NCBI RefSeq assembly: GCF_001194135.2
Contig: NC_068989.1
Span: forward strand, 95,005,249-95,069,248
Origin: Octopus bimaculoides
Lineage: Eukaryota
Direction: 5' to 3'
DNA: 64,000 bases
The notes below the pieces were generated by a model. It did no database searches. It saw only the letters and a list, made by a program, of their open reading frames with translations, and had not been told where the DNA came from. This document shows, piece after piece, positions 1 to 12,115 of the stretch. The translations under genes were made by a program, and so were the position numbers. How positions within the stretch are numbered: position 1 is the first letter of the stretch; the number at the start of each line of letters is the position of its first letter.

Positions 1-383
1 ATTTGTTTACATGTTAATAATCATTCTTACATTATTTTATCCTCAGAAAGTGTAGGAGGTCTGCGAATTCTAAGGAGTAATTAAGTAAGAAGGAAACTGA
101 TCGATTCGATCATCATTCGAAGGTGCCTAAAATCTATTTCAAAACAATGTCCCATACTTGGCAATATGGATTCAAATAGTAATCTATTCATGACCGTACT
201 GAAACCCCAGTAATTACTTTCAAAGTTGTCGAAATAAACACTGAAGTTTAATAATACGCCCACACGTTCTACGACATTAGACCTGCTTTCTAATGAACCA
301 GTTCGAAAAGCTAAATTGTTGACTCGATGCGAAATCTCACTTTCTGCAAGTCTAGGGCAGGGAAGAAAACCTTTTCAGTGGTC

Positions 384-1245
384 GAGACAAATAAGAATTG
401 CTTAAATTCCTCAGGGACAAATAGGAATTACTTAAATTCCTCAGGGACAAATAGGAATTGCTTAAATCCTTCAGGGACAAATAGGAATTGCTTAAATTCC
501 TCAGGGACAAATAGGAATTGCTTAAATTCCTCACGGACAAATAGGAATCGCTTAAATTCCTCAGGGACAAATAGGAATTGCTTAAATTCCTCACGGACAA
601 ATAGGAATTGCTTAAATTCCTCTGGGACAAATAGGAATTGCTTAAATTCCTCAGGGACAAATAGGAATTGCTTAAATTCCTCACGGACAAATAGGAATTG
701 CTTAAATTCCTCAGGGACAAATAGGAATCGATTAAATTCCTCAGGGACAAATAGGAATCGCTTAAATTCCTCAGGGACAAATAGGAATTGCTTAAATTCC
801 TCAGGGACACATAGGAATTGCTTAAATTCCTCAGGGACAAATAGGAATTGCTTAAATTCCTCAGGGACAAATAGGAATCGCTTAAATTCCTCAGGGACAA
901 ATAGGAATCGCTTAAATTCCTCAGGGACAAATAGGAATCGCTTAAATTCATCAGGGACAAATAGGAATTGCTTAAATTCCTCAGGGACAAATATGAATTG
1001 CTTAAATTCCTCAGGGACAAATAGGAATCGCTTAAATTCCTCAGGGACAAATAGGAATTGCTTAAATTCTTCAGGGATAAATAGGAATCGCTTAAATTCC
1101 TCAGGGACAAATAGGAATCGCTTAAATTCCTCAGGGACAAAGAGGAATCGCTAAAATTCCTCAGGGACAAAGAGGAATCGTTTAAATTCCTCAGGGACAA
1201 TAGGAATTGCTTAAATTCCTCAGGGACAAATAGGAATCGCTTAAA
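384..1245. repeat. 30-bp minisatellite, ~28-29 copies, unit GGACAAATAGGAATTGCTTAAATTCCTCAG
   Basis: Direct 30-bp periodicity; TTG/TCG variants interspersed; 1-bp deletion near 1200. Explains ORFs 327..1154(+) and 352..1200(-). Confidence 0.97.
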
Positions 1246-1393
1246 AGTCTGTGAAGCGAAAATGCGATAAGAAAAATAATTCCAATTTTATGTTACGAAG
1301 AACTTCATCACTGCAACGCAGGTTAAATCATTGTATTGTTCTTAAGAAGCGAAAGGGGTTTTTTTATGGAACTGATTTTTAAAGATGTCAGAT

Positions 1394-1845
1394 GTAGGCA
1401 AGGCTGTGTGGTTAAGAAGTTTGCTTTACAATGACATGGTTTCAAGTTCAATCCTACAGCGCCGTGTCATTAATGCATTAGAAATGACCTACGAAGACGA
1501 GAAGTGTGCGTAAGTTTACATACACGCACGCACAGACACACACACACACACACATATACACACAAAGCCATGCAAGCGGATTTGGTTCACAGAAACTGAA
1601 AGAAGCCCGTCATATATGTGTGTGTGTGTCTTTGTCCCCTATCACCGCTTAACAACCGAAGTCAATGCATTTACATCCCCGTAACTTAGCGATTCGGCAA
1701 AAGAAGCCGATAGAATAAGTAACAAACTTTAAAAAACCAAGTACTGGGATCGATTTGTTCGACTAAAGAAAATTCTCCAAGGTGGTGCCCCAGTATGGTC
1801 GCAGTTTAATGACTGGGACGTTCAAGAAAAGAGAAATAAAAGAAA
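1394..1845 (+). mobile_element. tRNA-derived SINE, family A (head + internal (TG)n + tail), interrupted at ~1463-1575
   Basis: Head GGCTGTGTGGTTAAGAAGTTTGC..GTTCAATCC; GAAACTGAAAGAAGCCCGTC; tail GTAACTTAGCGATTCGGCAAAAG..GGTGGTGCCCCAGTATGGTCGCAG. Matches the copies at 19771 and 27027. Confidence 0.85.
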
Positions 1846-1874
1846 GCTATAAATGCCTGTATGTCTGTCAGTCT

Positions 1875-1939
1875 GTCTGTGTGTGTATGCGTCTGTCCGT
1901 GTTTCTCTGTGTGTGTTTGTGTGTGTGTGTGCGTGTGTC

Positions 1940-1976
<37 letters not shown>

Positions 1977-2000
1977 ACGCGTGTATGTCTGTGTGACTTT
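1875..2000. repeat. (TG)n microsatellite, imperfect
   Basis: Direct. Confidence 0.95.
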
Positions 2001-2063
2001 GTGTTTGTCTCCTTTACTACCTGGCAACCGGTACTGGTTTGTTTAAGTCTCTCTCTCATAACA

Positions 2064-2207
2064 TAACAGTTCAACAAAAGTAACCGACAGAATAAATAGC
2101 AGGCTTTAAAAAAAACAAGTTCTGATGTTTATTTGTTTGACTCAAACTCTTCAGTGCGGTACTCCAGCATGGCTACAGTCCAATGAATGAAACAAGTAAA
2201 AAGAGAA
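2064..2207 (+). mobile_element. SINE family A tail fragment
   Basis: CCGACAGAATAAATAGCAGGCTT..GCGGTACTCCAGCATGGCTACAGTC..GAAACAAGTAAAAAGAG resembles the family A tail. Confidence 0.7.
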
Positions 2208-3250
2208 ACAGACATTTTGAAGTATGAATGCGGACCAAAGTTTGTTGACAGATGAAGGGTTGTAACTTCGCATCTAGAATATATGATTGTGCCACTTGTC
2301 TCTTTAATGTTTCGCCGTCCGTCCGCTCTTTCCAGTTCATTCATTCTTCTCTATATTCATACGATTTCCTTCTTTGGTTCTTTCTATTGATTCGGTGTTG
2401 CACGCTGTTCCATTTCAGAAATAAGTATTCTTCACATTACAACACACACCTTCACTGCAATATCACACCTTCACTTTACCTATGATCTAATTAAAATACA
2501 TGCTTGATTATCATTCTCTATTACAATTTTTACACGAGTGTTTTTACTTATTTATTTATATACTTTAATTATCTCATTGAAGTTCCTCATAAATAAATCC
2601 TGTAACTCTGAAGATATTTTATCACAATTTCCAATTTGTTTTCGTTATTGATCTAGTCAATAGAAATTAACTCGTTGTTTTAAGCATAATCGATGCTTTC
2701 GTCAGTCTTCCTCTTTGCTTTCTCTTCCATCACCTCTTCATCAAAACTATCACCACCATTATCAGTAGCGCCATTCTTCCAGACTGTTATTGTCTGACGT
2801 TCTTTACTACTCTTTACTCACTGAAAGCAGTTTTCAACCGTTTCAACGTTTCAACCATTGTTTTTAATGCTGTTTGCTACGACAAATTGTTTTACTACTT
2901 ACTGTCTACTATTTTGCTTTATATCGCGCCGTCTTTCTCAAAATTTATTGTTCGAAAGCAAGTGTGCTTACAAGAATAAAGTGATATTTCACATCTGGGT
3001 ATTAATCACTGATTTCTTTTATTTGACAATACCCATTCCTAAACGAGACAATATTCTCAGAGTCGTAACCATTTTAGGATCTCTTTTATACTCAGAACAC
3101 TGAAAAAGAGCAGACATTTGACTTCTGAAAGTAAAGATGCTTTTTTACGGCTGTTTTATTACATCTATCTCAGAAATAAGCCTCAGCAAGGGAATATCTG
3201 ACACCGAAGTTTTTCCTTTATTCCAACTTACATTTTACCACTTCTTTTTA

Positions 3251-3303
<53 letters not shown>

Positions 3304-3773
3304 ATGTAGATATACACGTATAACACACTCACACACATACACATATAAACATATATATAAACACATTTGTATAAAAACACGCTCACAAAAACATGTGTGC
3401 ATATATATATATGTGTGTGTGTGTGCGTATGTGTGTATATGTATATATAAATATACATATTTATCTCTTTTACTGAGTATTTATATAAAACTTCACGTAT
3501 CTCGTCCGCCTCGTTTTGTGTGATTTTTTACTTTTATTGTCTGATAACTGTAATTATTATTGACGATATTAGGTGAAATAGTAAAGCTTATGGTGTATGT
3601 GTGTGCGTGTGTGTGTGTACGTGTGTGTGTGTTTGTGTGTGTGATACAAATATGAAGAAAAGCAAAAAGTAGAAATAAATTTTATGTTTATATGCAACAT
3701 AAATATAAAACTTTGTCGGTGCTCGGCGAATGTACATGGAACTTATTTTCTGCACGCACACGCACACACGTAC

Positions 3774-3825
<52 letters not shown>

Positions 3826-3910
3826 GCACACTCACATAGACACATACACATGCACACATACATATATCTATACACATAAACACACACACATACACAAACA
3901 CACACAGCGC
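3251..3910. repeat. compound (TG)n/(CA)n/(TA)n microsatellite region
   Basis: Direct; source of the CV/HT/YI low-complexity ORFs. Confidence 0.9.
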
Positions 3911-4559
3911 TCTTACATGTATAGATATTTAGCTAGATACGGCTAAGTTCAAGACGTTGCTTTACCTGCCGGAAACAACAGCCAAATTCCCCTTAACTCG
4001 CATTCAACCTCTTGAGATACTTCGAGACTGCCCCAAACATACAAAAGACGTCATTTGCGAAATGTCTGTGGATCAATTCCGGTCCAGCCCCACGCACATA
4101 TCCACAATCCTGAAGACGATAAGTGGGGAGGCATGAAGAGCAGCCATTACAAGGCAAGAGATGGTCGAGGAGGCTGGGCAACGTTCATTAATATCTGTGA
4201 GCAAAAGACAGCTTAGAGTAATAGTTTTTTCTCTTTATGATTTCGGGTAAAACGTTCAACGGTAACGTATGGTGACTCCGTACACAGTGAGATGAATGTC
4301 ACGACTTATTAAAATGGTCAGCTTGGGTTTGTTGATTAGTTGATTGCATTGGAATAAGGACCAAGTAATCGGACCTGTGGTGTTTGTTTGGTGATCAGTG
4401 AAACTGTCGTCTAGCCGGCGTCCATTTCACTCATCTTTACGTAATAACAGCGCTTACACTCGATGCGGCTTCGGTGTTTCTGCAATCAAAAATGATCAGA
4501 GAATTGGAATTAAGTTTTAGAATTAGTTACAAATTTCTGTTCGAGATGAAGGGCAAGTA

Positions 4560-4915
4560 AACCATTCAAAATGGAATAGTGAAGAGAGAAAAATATACGC
4601 TGCAGGGGATTGATGAAAAGGCAAAGTTAGGGTATAAGACAGAAGAGAAGATGAGTTTGATGGGGAGTGTGTGTTTAAGTTAGATGAGACTCTTTCAATG
4701 GTGTAAGCTTGTTGGAGTGCGGAGCTGATTTATGATACGAAGTAACTCTGCGTGAGGAGGAAATTTCGTATTTCACAGAATTTAAGAAAGAAATCCAAAA
4801 TCTTATTATAGAGGCGTCAGGACGGAAGAAATTTCAACAATAGGAGTTCATTGTTCGATAGTTGAGAGGAAGATAAGTCAATGCTGGAGAGTGACTCAGC
4901 GGATTTATTATTAAT
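4560..4915 (-). mobile_element. possible 3' end of a degenerate CR1/L2-group LINE
   Basis: Minus translations (INKSAESLSSIDL.., PPHAELLR.., QSPAAYIFLSS) loosely resemble the C-terminus of the LINE type at 17030-17800. Very decayed. Confidence 0.25.
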
Positions 4916-4928
4916 TAAAGTATAGTCT

Positions 4929-5116
4929 GGCGAGCTGTCAGAATCGTTAGTACGCTGGGCACATTGCTTAGCGGCATTTCATTCGTCTTCATGTGCTGAG
5001 GTCAAACAATGCCGAGATCAACTTTATCTTTCATACTTTCGAGGTCGACGAAGTAAGTACCAATTGATTTACTACCAGCCCCGAAATTGCTAGCCTTGTG
5101 CCAAAATTTGAAACCA
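4929..5116 (+). mobile_element. tRNA-derived SINE, family B
   Basis: GGCGAGCTGTCAGAATCGTTAG (A-box-like)..GAGGTCGAC..CCGAAATTGCTAGCCTTGTGCCAAAATTTGAAAC; >=10 related copies in the window. Confidence 0.85.
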
Positions 5117-5214
5117 TGAATAATCAAAGTAAGTTGAATGAAACAACTAAATGGTGAAGTCATTAGAGCAACGGGTGTATCAGGTGCAACGGGTGCAACG
5201 GGTGCAATGCATTG

Positions 5215-5480
5215 CTGAATTGTTTCCTGAATCTGTATGCTCTGAGGTCAAACATTGTCGAAGCCAAATTTGCTTGTGATAGTTGTTCTGGCCCTTTGTG
5301 TTCTAATTGCAAATCCCATCATTGGTCTGCTTCGGTGGTAAACCTTATCTCGTGCTCCAGAGTAACACCACCAATTGACATCTTTGGATACCTTTAGCGA
5401 AGTCCCTTCCGTTTTAAGCATTTGAGTCATGTCACCAATTTCTTCATTTCCACCAATCTCAAAAGTTCTATAAAGAATCA
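5215..5480 (-). mobile_element. LINE reverse transcriptase C-terminal fragment (RTE-like?)
   Basis: Minus frame RLVEMKKLVT*LKCLKRKGLR*RYPKMSIGGVTLEHE..WDLQLEH resembles RT domains 6-7; contains stops. Confidence 0.3.
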
Positions 5481-6375
5481 TCAGTCCAGCCTCCCCTCCT
5501 AACTAAAAGTTAAAATAGCTTAAGAAGAAAACATATACATAGTCAAACCTGATGATGAGTAAACTAATCTCAAGGACATCATGCTAAATATAGAATCTTC
5601 ATGTTGGTGATATAATTATAGCCAAGCGATCAACACAGTATATTACTGGTAGTTGTTCATTCGGGGGAGGCGACGTTGGTCGCATGTAAACTAAAATCTA
5701 AATTTCCTTTCTGGAAATTACTTATAGAAATTATATCTGCATGTTATTAATTTCACAAGGTTCAATGTGTAAAGGAAGGACGAATAAAGTTTATGATATC
5801 ATTACAGGTAAACAGCGATTTAACTGTGGTAAAATATCAATAAATTTGATTGGAAATTATGGAATTGGTTAACCTTCAGCTTGTGCCTATTCTAAGCAAC
5901 TTTTTCCCTCGTATAACGCAAATTTGTCCAGAATATAGCGGGTATTGCAGCATTTTCTCGCAGGCAACATCACAGTTGCTAGTACTCGGAAAATTTTGAG
6001 TTCATGTCAGTCATTTATCTATGAAAGTTAAAATCAATAAATTTAATCTTCCTGCTGCTATTTTACAAAACAACAACAATTCTTTCCGATTCTTTTTTTT
6101 TTTTATATTTCACACTTTATATATAGTGATTATATATTTAAACGTGGCCAATAAAAAAAAAATTAGCATGTTTTTCAAATCATTGTTTTCAAACAATTTT
6201 CGTTGAATTAGCGATGCTAATGTTGTTGTTGTTGTTGTTGTTTCTGTGTTTACTCTTAGAGTTTACTACTTTAGAAATTTGCCACCATTTAACACTTAAA
6301 ACTCGAAGCTTTTTTTTTTTTCTTTCTTGTAGAATTTATTTTCAGTCTAAAAAGTTAAGAACCTGCACTTCTGCA

Positions 6376-6498
6376 AGCGACATGACTGTGTGGTAAAGAA
6401 GTATTCTTTTCAACCATATGGTTTTGGGTTCAGTCACATTGCACGGTACCTTGGGCAAGTGTCTTCTACTACAGCTCCAAGCCGACCAATGCCTTATG
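6376..6498 (+). mobile_element. SINE family A head fragment
   Basis: GACTGTGTGGTAAAGAAG..GGGTTCAGTC..GGTACCTTGGGCAAGTGTCTTCTACTACAGC..GCCGACCAATGCCTT; includes a CORE-like CCTTGGGCAAG. Confidence 0.85.
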
Positions 6499-6791
6499 TA
6501 TATTTGGCATAAATTCTTATGCCAAATATGCCGAGAAATAGACTTTAAATCGTAATATAACCACATATGATTCATCACTAAAAGCACACGTCACGAAGCA
6601 CGCTGACAGAAATTTCTAAAGAATTCCGTTATCACCGAATCTTCCCGATTTCTGAGATAATTCATAAAGAATTCTCTCGTCATCAGCGGTAAATACGTTA
6701 AGAAATAAATGAAATAACGAACTGCACAAACGGAACAAGCAGACGCAAAACCATATTTATTTATAAGTTGTATATATATATACACACATAT

Positions 6792-6959
6792 GTCTTCCTT
6801 TTCTCTTGGACTTTACTCTGTTTTCTGTATTTGAAGACGAGCTTTGCTCGAAACGTAAAACACTCTATCTTTCCTTCTTCTTTTCATAATTTGCATGTAC
6901 CACTACGCACGTTGCTTTTTCTTTAGTTTTTTTCTTCGTTTTTTTTTGGGGGGGGGGAT

Positions 6960-6963
<4 letters not shown>
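6792..6963 (+). mobile_element. Penelope-type terminal repeat (pLTR-like), copy 1, with degenerate hammerhead motif
   Basis: Homologous to 40803-40990; TTGAAGA-C-GAGC-TTT-GCTC-GAAAC-GTA-AAACA at 6831-6862; ends GGATTAAC|(TA)n. Confidence 0.7.
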
Positions 6964-7014
<51 letters not shown>

Positions 7015-8214
7015 ATATGCGTGTGCGTGTGCGTGCGTGTGTGTGTTTTAAAGAAGCGCTGTATATGAACATATTGAATGCCACGAAAAGTGAATGGTTA
7101 TCAAAAAGGGAAATTACAAAGTCTATGTATTTCCTTATACTGGACGCCAAACAATCTTTTACTTACTTGAAAATGATTATTTCATTTCTGTACATGAATC
7201 TAACAATGCGTCTATAAATAACATGTGACGGGAATGAACAGCACATCCCCATGATATCTGTTTTAGACTCGAGACGGATTGTACAATTATAAAGTAATTT
7301 AGTCTATCGAAGACGTAAGACGAAGACAATAGACAATGACATGACTACAATATGTTTTTAGTAATTAAGCTGGGGACATGTTATCTTTGATAAAATGTGT
7401 ATTAGTAATGAAAAAGACTTTGAATTATATACGCATTGCTGGTTTTTCTGACTATATATATAAATAATCATATTGAAATTAAGAGAAAATCTCGTCGGAA
7501 TACTTTAGTTTCATCAGAATATATTTCCTAATTTGATATTCGCCAGGAAAGTGGAATAAAGTAGAGATTTCCTTAGACTGTGGCACTAACAAATTCATAA
7601 CCAGTCACTGTCTCACATCGTGTCCTCACCTAAAACTATTATGTCTCACGAACTTGTATAGAAACACTTTTGAACCACATAAACCAAGTGACAATGCTTC
7701 ATCGTATTGTAAGAATTTCCCCTTTCCATCATTGTATACTAATAGTGGCCAAGCTGTGACTCAAAATTACTGTGCGCAGCTTTCAAAACAATGAGTTTTG
7801 AAATATTAACTACTTAAATGATAACACAATAAAAAAAAACCCTTCAGTGAGTAAAGATTAAACCCTCTTATTGAGATTCCTTGCTAACGAGACATTACTC
7901 AATTCCTACTATGTAGATGTAGATTTTCTTCTTCATAAATATAATTTTAAAAATGATTTTGCAGTTCTTGAACATTAAGTAATATTTCATGAAGCTCTTC
8001 TTATCTAAAAAGTTGTTTTAGTAAAAGCTCAGTGAAGATCCGAATCTCTGTTTGTCAGGTTTTAGTGTTAAACTGACTGACGCATTAAATCTACCACCAA
8101 ACTAGGCCTTGGTGGGGTTTCAGTCACGAATACAAAGAGCTAGAACAAATATCAATAGGTATCCGGTCCAATGTTCATAGAATTCCGCCAATCCACCTCC
8201 TGAGATGGAAAATT

Positions 8215-8342
8215 CTTTGATCGACCCCAAAAGAAGGAAAGGTAAAAGTTGGCTTTTGCATGACTTGAACTTAGAATGTTTTGAGTCGGAAGAATACAAC
8301 GAAGCATTCTGTCTAACACTCTAATAACTCTGCCAGTTCACT
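8215..8342 (-). mobile_element. SINE family B fragment
   Basis: ATCGACCCC..GAAAGGTAAAAG..TTGAACTTAGAA..CTGCCAGTTCAC is the reverse complement of the family B head. Confidence 0.7.
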
Positions 8343-8454
8343 TCAATATTAAAAAAAATGCAAGGCTGGAGAACTTTTTGGATAGATTGTGTAATACAGT
8401 GATACATTAAACTCTTCAGAAGAGTTAGAACTGGGAATATATAACCAACTGCTC

Positions 8455-8775
8455 CTCCGTCGGTTACGACAACAATTATTCCAGTTGATCCGATCAACGG
8501 AAAGGCTTGCTCGTGAAATCAACGTGCAAGTGGCTGAACACTCCACAGACACATGTACCCTTAACGTAGTTCCCAGCGAGACGCATCGTGACACAGAATG
8601 TAACAAGGCTGGCCCCTTTGAAATACAAGCACAACTCGTTTTTGCCAGCTGAGTGCACTGGAGCAATGTGAAATAAAGTGTCTTGTTCAAGGACACAAGG
8701 TGCCACCAGTAATAGAACTCGTGACCTAACGATCATGAGTCGAATTACCGAACCCCTAAGCCTCGAGCATTCACC
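8455..8775 (-). mobile_element. tRNA-derived SINE, family C, near full length
   Basis: Reverse complement has a tRNA-like head, CORE-like GTGTCCTTGAACAAGACACTTTATTTCAC..CAGCTGGCAAAAA and tail GTTGATCGGATCAACTGG; homologous to 52938-53228. Confidence 0.85.
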
Positions 8776-9180
8776 GGGAATGTGTGTGCGTGTGTGTATT
8801 ATAATTAAAGGTTAGATTTAAATTAAAAAATATTATATATGTGTATGTATGTGGTGGGGTGTATATCATAATTAAAGTTGAGATTTAAAATATAAAATTC
8901 TAAAAACTTAAACTACATTTTGTGTATGTACCAAGTAGTATGCCGGCAAAGCACGTTCAGTGTTTACGGCTACCTAGCATCATCCACGGTAATTGCACAA
9001 TCGTCGTTGGATCTACGTGAGGAATTCTACAGTGCACGTTGAGTATAGTAGAAACAGTATGTCCCAAGTAGGGGGTGGTATGTCCCAAGTAGGGAGCTGT
9101 GCAAGATGTGTCGAAACGATTGTTGTGATGAATAAAGTTTCCAGTATATTCCATCTTCCGAATGAATTGTTTCGAATATA

Positions 9181-9248
<68 letters not shown>

Positions 9249-9461
9249 NNNNNNNNNNNNNNNNNNNNNNNNNNNNNNNNNNNNNNNNNNNNNNNNNNNN
9301 NNNNNNNNNNNNNNNNNNNNNNNNNNNNNNNNNNNNNNNNNNNNNNNNNNNNNNNNNNNNNNNNNNNNNNNNNNNNNNNNNNNNNNNNNNNNNNNNNNNN
9401 NNNNNNNNNNNNNNNNNNNNNNNNNNNNNNNNNNNNNNNNNNNNNNNNNNNNNNNNNNNNN
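9249..9461. other. assembly gap between (TG)n and (TC)n
   Basis: N run. Confidence 0.99.
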
Positions 9462-9516
<55 letters not shown>

Positions 9517-10542
9517 CTCCTTCCCCTCTTTTCCTGTCTTTTATCCACTACCACAATATATTTCTAATTTTCTATAGCTTTATGCTTTCTACGTCTCATC
9601 CTCCCCCAAACATATTTACACATGTTGAGAGTATGCTCGCTGTCACGCATTCATAAATGAACTAATCATAATTGATAACAAAGACCGTACAGCAAGCTGT
9701 CATATCTACTTGTATGTATACAGACATACGTGTAAGTATACGGTCGTCTTGTCATATCTTTAAGGCGATATACTATTACCTAAAGTCACGACATTGATAA
9801 TTAGAAGAGAAGATTTATCTATGCACCAACCACACTTACCCAGTCATTGAGATTATCTAGTTAGTCAGATGTTGATGTTTCTTAATTTTACTGATGTTAG
9901 TCATGTCGACACATGAGCTCCAAGACATAACTTACTTCGACCGGTTCATCCAAGTTCATTCTGCCGGTTTCAAGAAGGAGAAGAAACCGATATACGGCGA
10001 AGAGTTCGATGGGTCAGTTAATCCGTCAGTCGATTCTGGGAGTCTTGAGAGGACACTATTACAAGCATTCAAGCCAAGTGTCTAGTCTGATGATATTTCC
10101 TTTTTCTTCCCTCACTAATAAAACACACACACATGCTTACATACATGTGTGTGTGTGTGTGTATGTGTGTGTAATACATATACACAGCTTTGTTACAGAA
10201 TCCAATGCCGATACACTTCCTGTGATATATTTGGCTGGACGTTAAATAAAAGGTATGTAGATATTTGTAGAAGAACCCGATATAACCCGATGTTGTCAAA
10301 GTGAAAGGCAGCTTTTTAAAATACCCCATACACGTTTGATAAGTACAACCTCATTAGACAATTAGTGTTACTTAGAATCGCTTTCTTTATTACTGATATA
10401 AGTCAGGAGTTGTTAAAATTGGTCATATTCACTCACGCACACACATGTGTGCGTGTAATAACGTTTGTTTTTATGTGACTACATATTTTAAGTTCAAAAA
10501 CACTCAGTTTTCGTAAATATATATTTATATATATTATAATGC

Positions 10543-10657
10543 TGTTGTTGTTGTTGTTGTTTGTTCTTTCTCGAGCCATGCCTGGTTCACAAGGGCCGGT
10601 TTCCCGCTTTCATTGGTGTATAGGTTCCCCACCTGGACGGAACACTTGTCCGTCGCA
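10543..10657 (-). mobile_element. 3' fragment of another SINE-like family with (CAA)n tail
   Basis: GC-rich GAGCCATGCCTGG..GGGCCGGTTTCCC..CCCCACCTGGACGG next to (TTG)n, truncated at (TA)n. Recognised from memory of octopus repeats; single copy here. Confidence 0.4.
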
Positions 10658-10694
10658 ATATATATATATATATATATAATTGTATATATATATA

Positions 10695-10886
10695 TATAGT
10701 CAATCCAAACATGAACAAGCAAGAAAAAACACGAAAAAACAACAACGCGAGAACGTGGAATAAGTACAGTGTTATTGGACGCTCAGGAAAGGAAAGAAAA
10801 GAAAGGGGATTTCACGTTTCGAGCGGAGCTCTTCATCAGAAATATAGGAAAAGTCCAAAGAAGGGAAGACGGAGAAAGAAAATCGC
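10695..10886 (-). mobile_element. Penelope-type terminal repeat, copy 2, with hammerhead motif (cleavage triplet GUG)
   Basis: Reverse complement ATTT-CTGATGA-A-GAGC-TCC-GCTC-GAAAC-GTG-AAAT (10843-10809); ends TTTGGATTGAC|(TA)n. Confidence 0.8.
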
Positions 10887-10939
10887 CATCGATACACACG
10901 CAACGGACGCACGCACACGCACACCTGTGTGAATCTTTA

Positions 10940-11135
10940 CGTCTGTGCCTCCCATCATCACTTGACGAGTGATGTTGGTTTGTTTGCGTCCCAATAAGTT
11001 AGTCGTTCCGCAAAAGGACTGATACAAAGAATAAGCATCGGGATTAAGAGAAGAAAAATAAATATCTGGGTCCATTCGTTCGGCAAATGGTTCTTCAAGA
11101 CGATGCACCAGCATGGTCGGAGCCTTTTTACGGAA
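10940..11135 (+). mobile_element. SINE family A tail fragment
   Basis: GTTGGTTTGTTTGCGTCCCAATAAGTTAGTCGTTCCGCAAAAG..GACGATGCACCAGCATGGTCG. Confidence 0.7.
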
Positions 11136-11292
11136 ACAAGTACACACTATACACACACACGCACAAACACATACACACACATACTTATATATATATGTGT
11201 GTATGCATACATACATACATACATACACATATATATATATATATATTTGGCAGGATATATATATATAAACATATATATGCATATATGTGTGT

Positions 11293-11337
<45 letters not shown>

Positions 11338-12115
11338 NNNNNNNNNNNNNNNNNNNNNNNNNNNNNNNNNNNNNNNNNNNNNNNNNNNNNNNNNNNNNNN
11401 NNNNNNNNNNNNNNNNNNNNNNNNNNNNNNNNNNNNNNNNNNNNNNNNNNNNNNNNNNNNNNNNNNNNNNNNNNNNNNNNNNNNNNNNNNNNNNNNNNNN
11501 NNNNNNNNNNNNNNNNNNNNNNNNNNNNNNNNNNNNNNNNNNNNNNNNNNNNNNNNNNNNNNNNNNNNNNNNNNNNNNNNNNNNNNNNNNNNNNNNNNNN
11601 NNNNNNNNNNNNNNNNNNNNNNNNNNNNNNNNNNNNNNNNNNNNNNNNNNNNNNNNNNNNNNNNNNNNNNNNNNNNNNNNNNNNNNNNNNNNNNNNNNNN
11701 NNNNNNNNNNNNNNNNNNNNNNNNNNNNNNNNNNNNNNNNNNNNNNNNNNNNNNNNNNNNNNNNNNNNNNNNNNNNNNNNNNNNNNNNNNNNNNNNNNNN
11801 NNNNNNNNNNNNNNNNNNNNNNNNNNNNNNNNNNNNNNNNNNNNNNNNNNNNNNNNNNNNNNNNNNNNNNNNNNNNNNNNNNNNNNNNNNNNNNNNNNNN
11901 NNNNNNNNNNNNNNNNNNNNNNNNNNNNNNNNNNNNNNNNNNNNNNNNNNNNNNNNNNNNNNNNNNNNNNNNNNNNNNNNNNNNNNNNNNNNNNNNNNNN
12001 NNNNNNNNNNNNNNNNNNNNNNNNNNNNNNNNNNNNNNNNNNNNNNNNNNNNNNNNNNNNNNNNNNNNNNNNNNNNNNNNNNNNNNNNNNNNNNNNNNNN
12101 NNNNNNNNNNNNNNN
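11338..12115. other. assembly gap
   Basis: N run flanked by (TG)n and an 18-bp purine repeat. Confidence 0.99.

Noticed and set aside
327-1200. 275-aa and 282-aa ORFs as real genes (LRR-like on the minus strand)
   Set aside because: Both are translations of the 30-bp minisatellite; the 10-aa period does not fit an LRR and no domain is present.
384-1245. CRISPR array (30-bp palindromic repeats)
   Set aside because: Units are head-to-tail with no spacers, there are no cas genes, and the context is eukaryotic.
1394-1460. tRNA genes at SINE heads
   Set aside because: A/B boxes are present but no cloverleaf can be drawn, and they continue into SINE bodies.
5530-5565. Hammerhead-like CTGATGA-TGAG..CTCA
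   Set aside because: No GAAA after stem II and no stem I or III.
5760-5807. 48-nt symmetric exon candidate (CAG|GTAAAC)
   Set aside because: Modest acceptor and an uninformative peptide; within chance expectation.
9095-9140. TCGAAACG..AATAAAG resembling a Penelope end
   Set aside because: CTGANGA core absent and no similarity to the three-copy family.
9894-10085. 63-aa ORF in moderately GC-rich unique DNA
   Set aside because: No recognisable domain or convincing splice sites.
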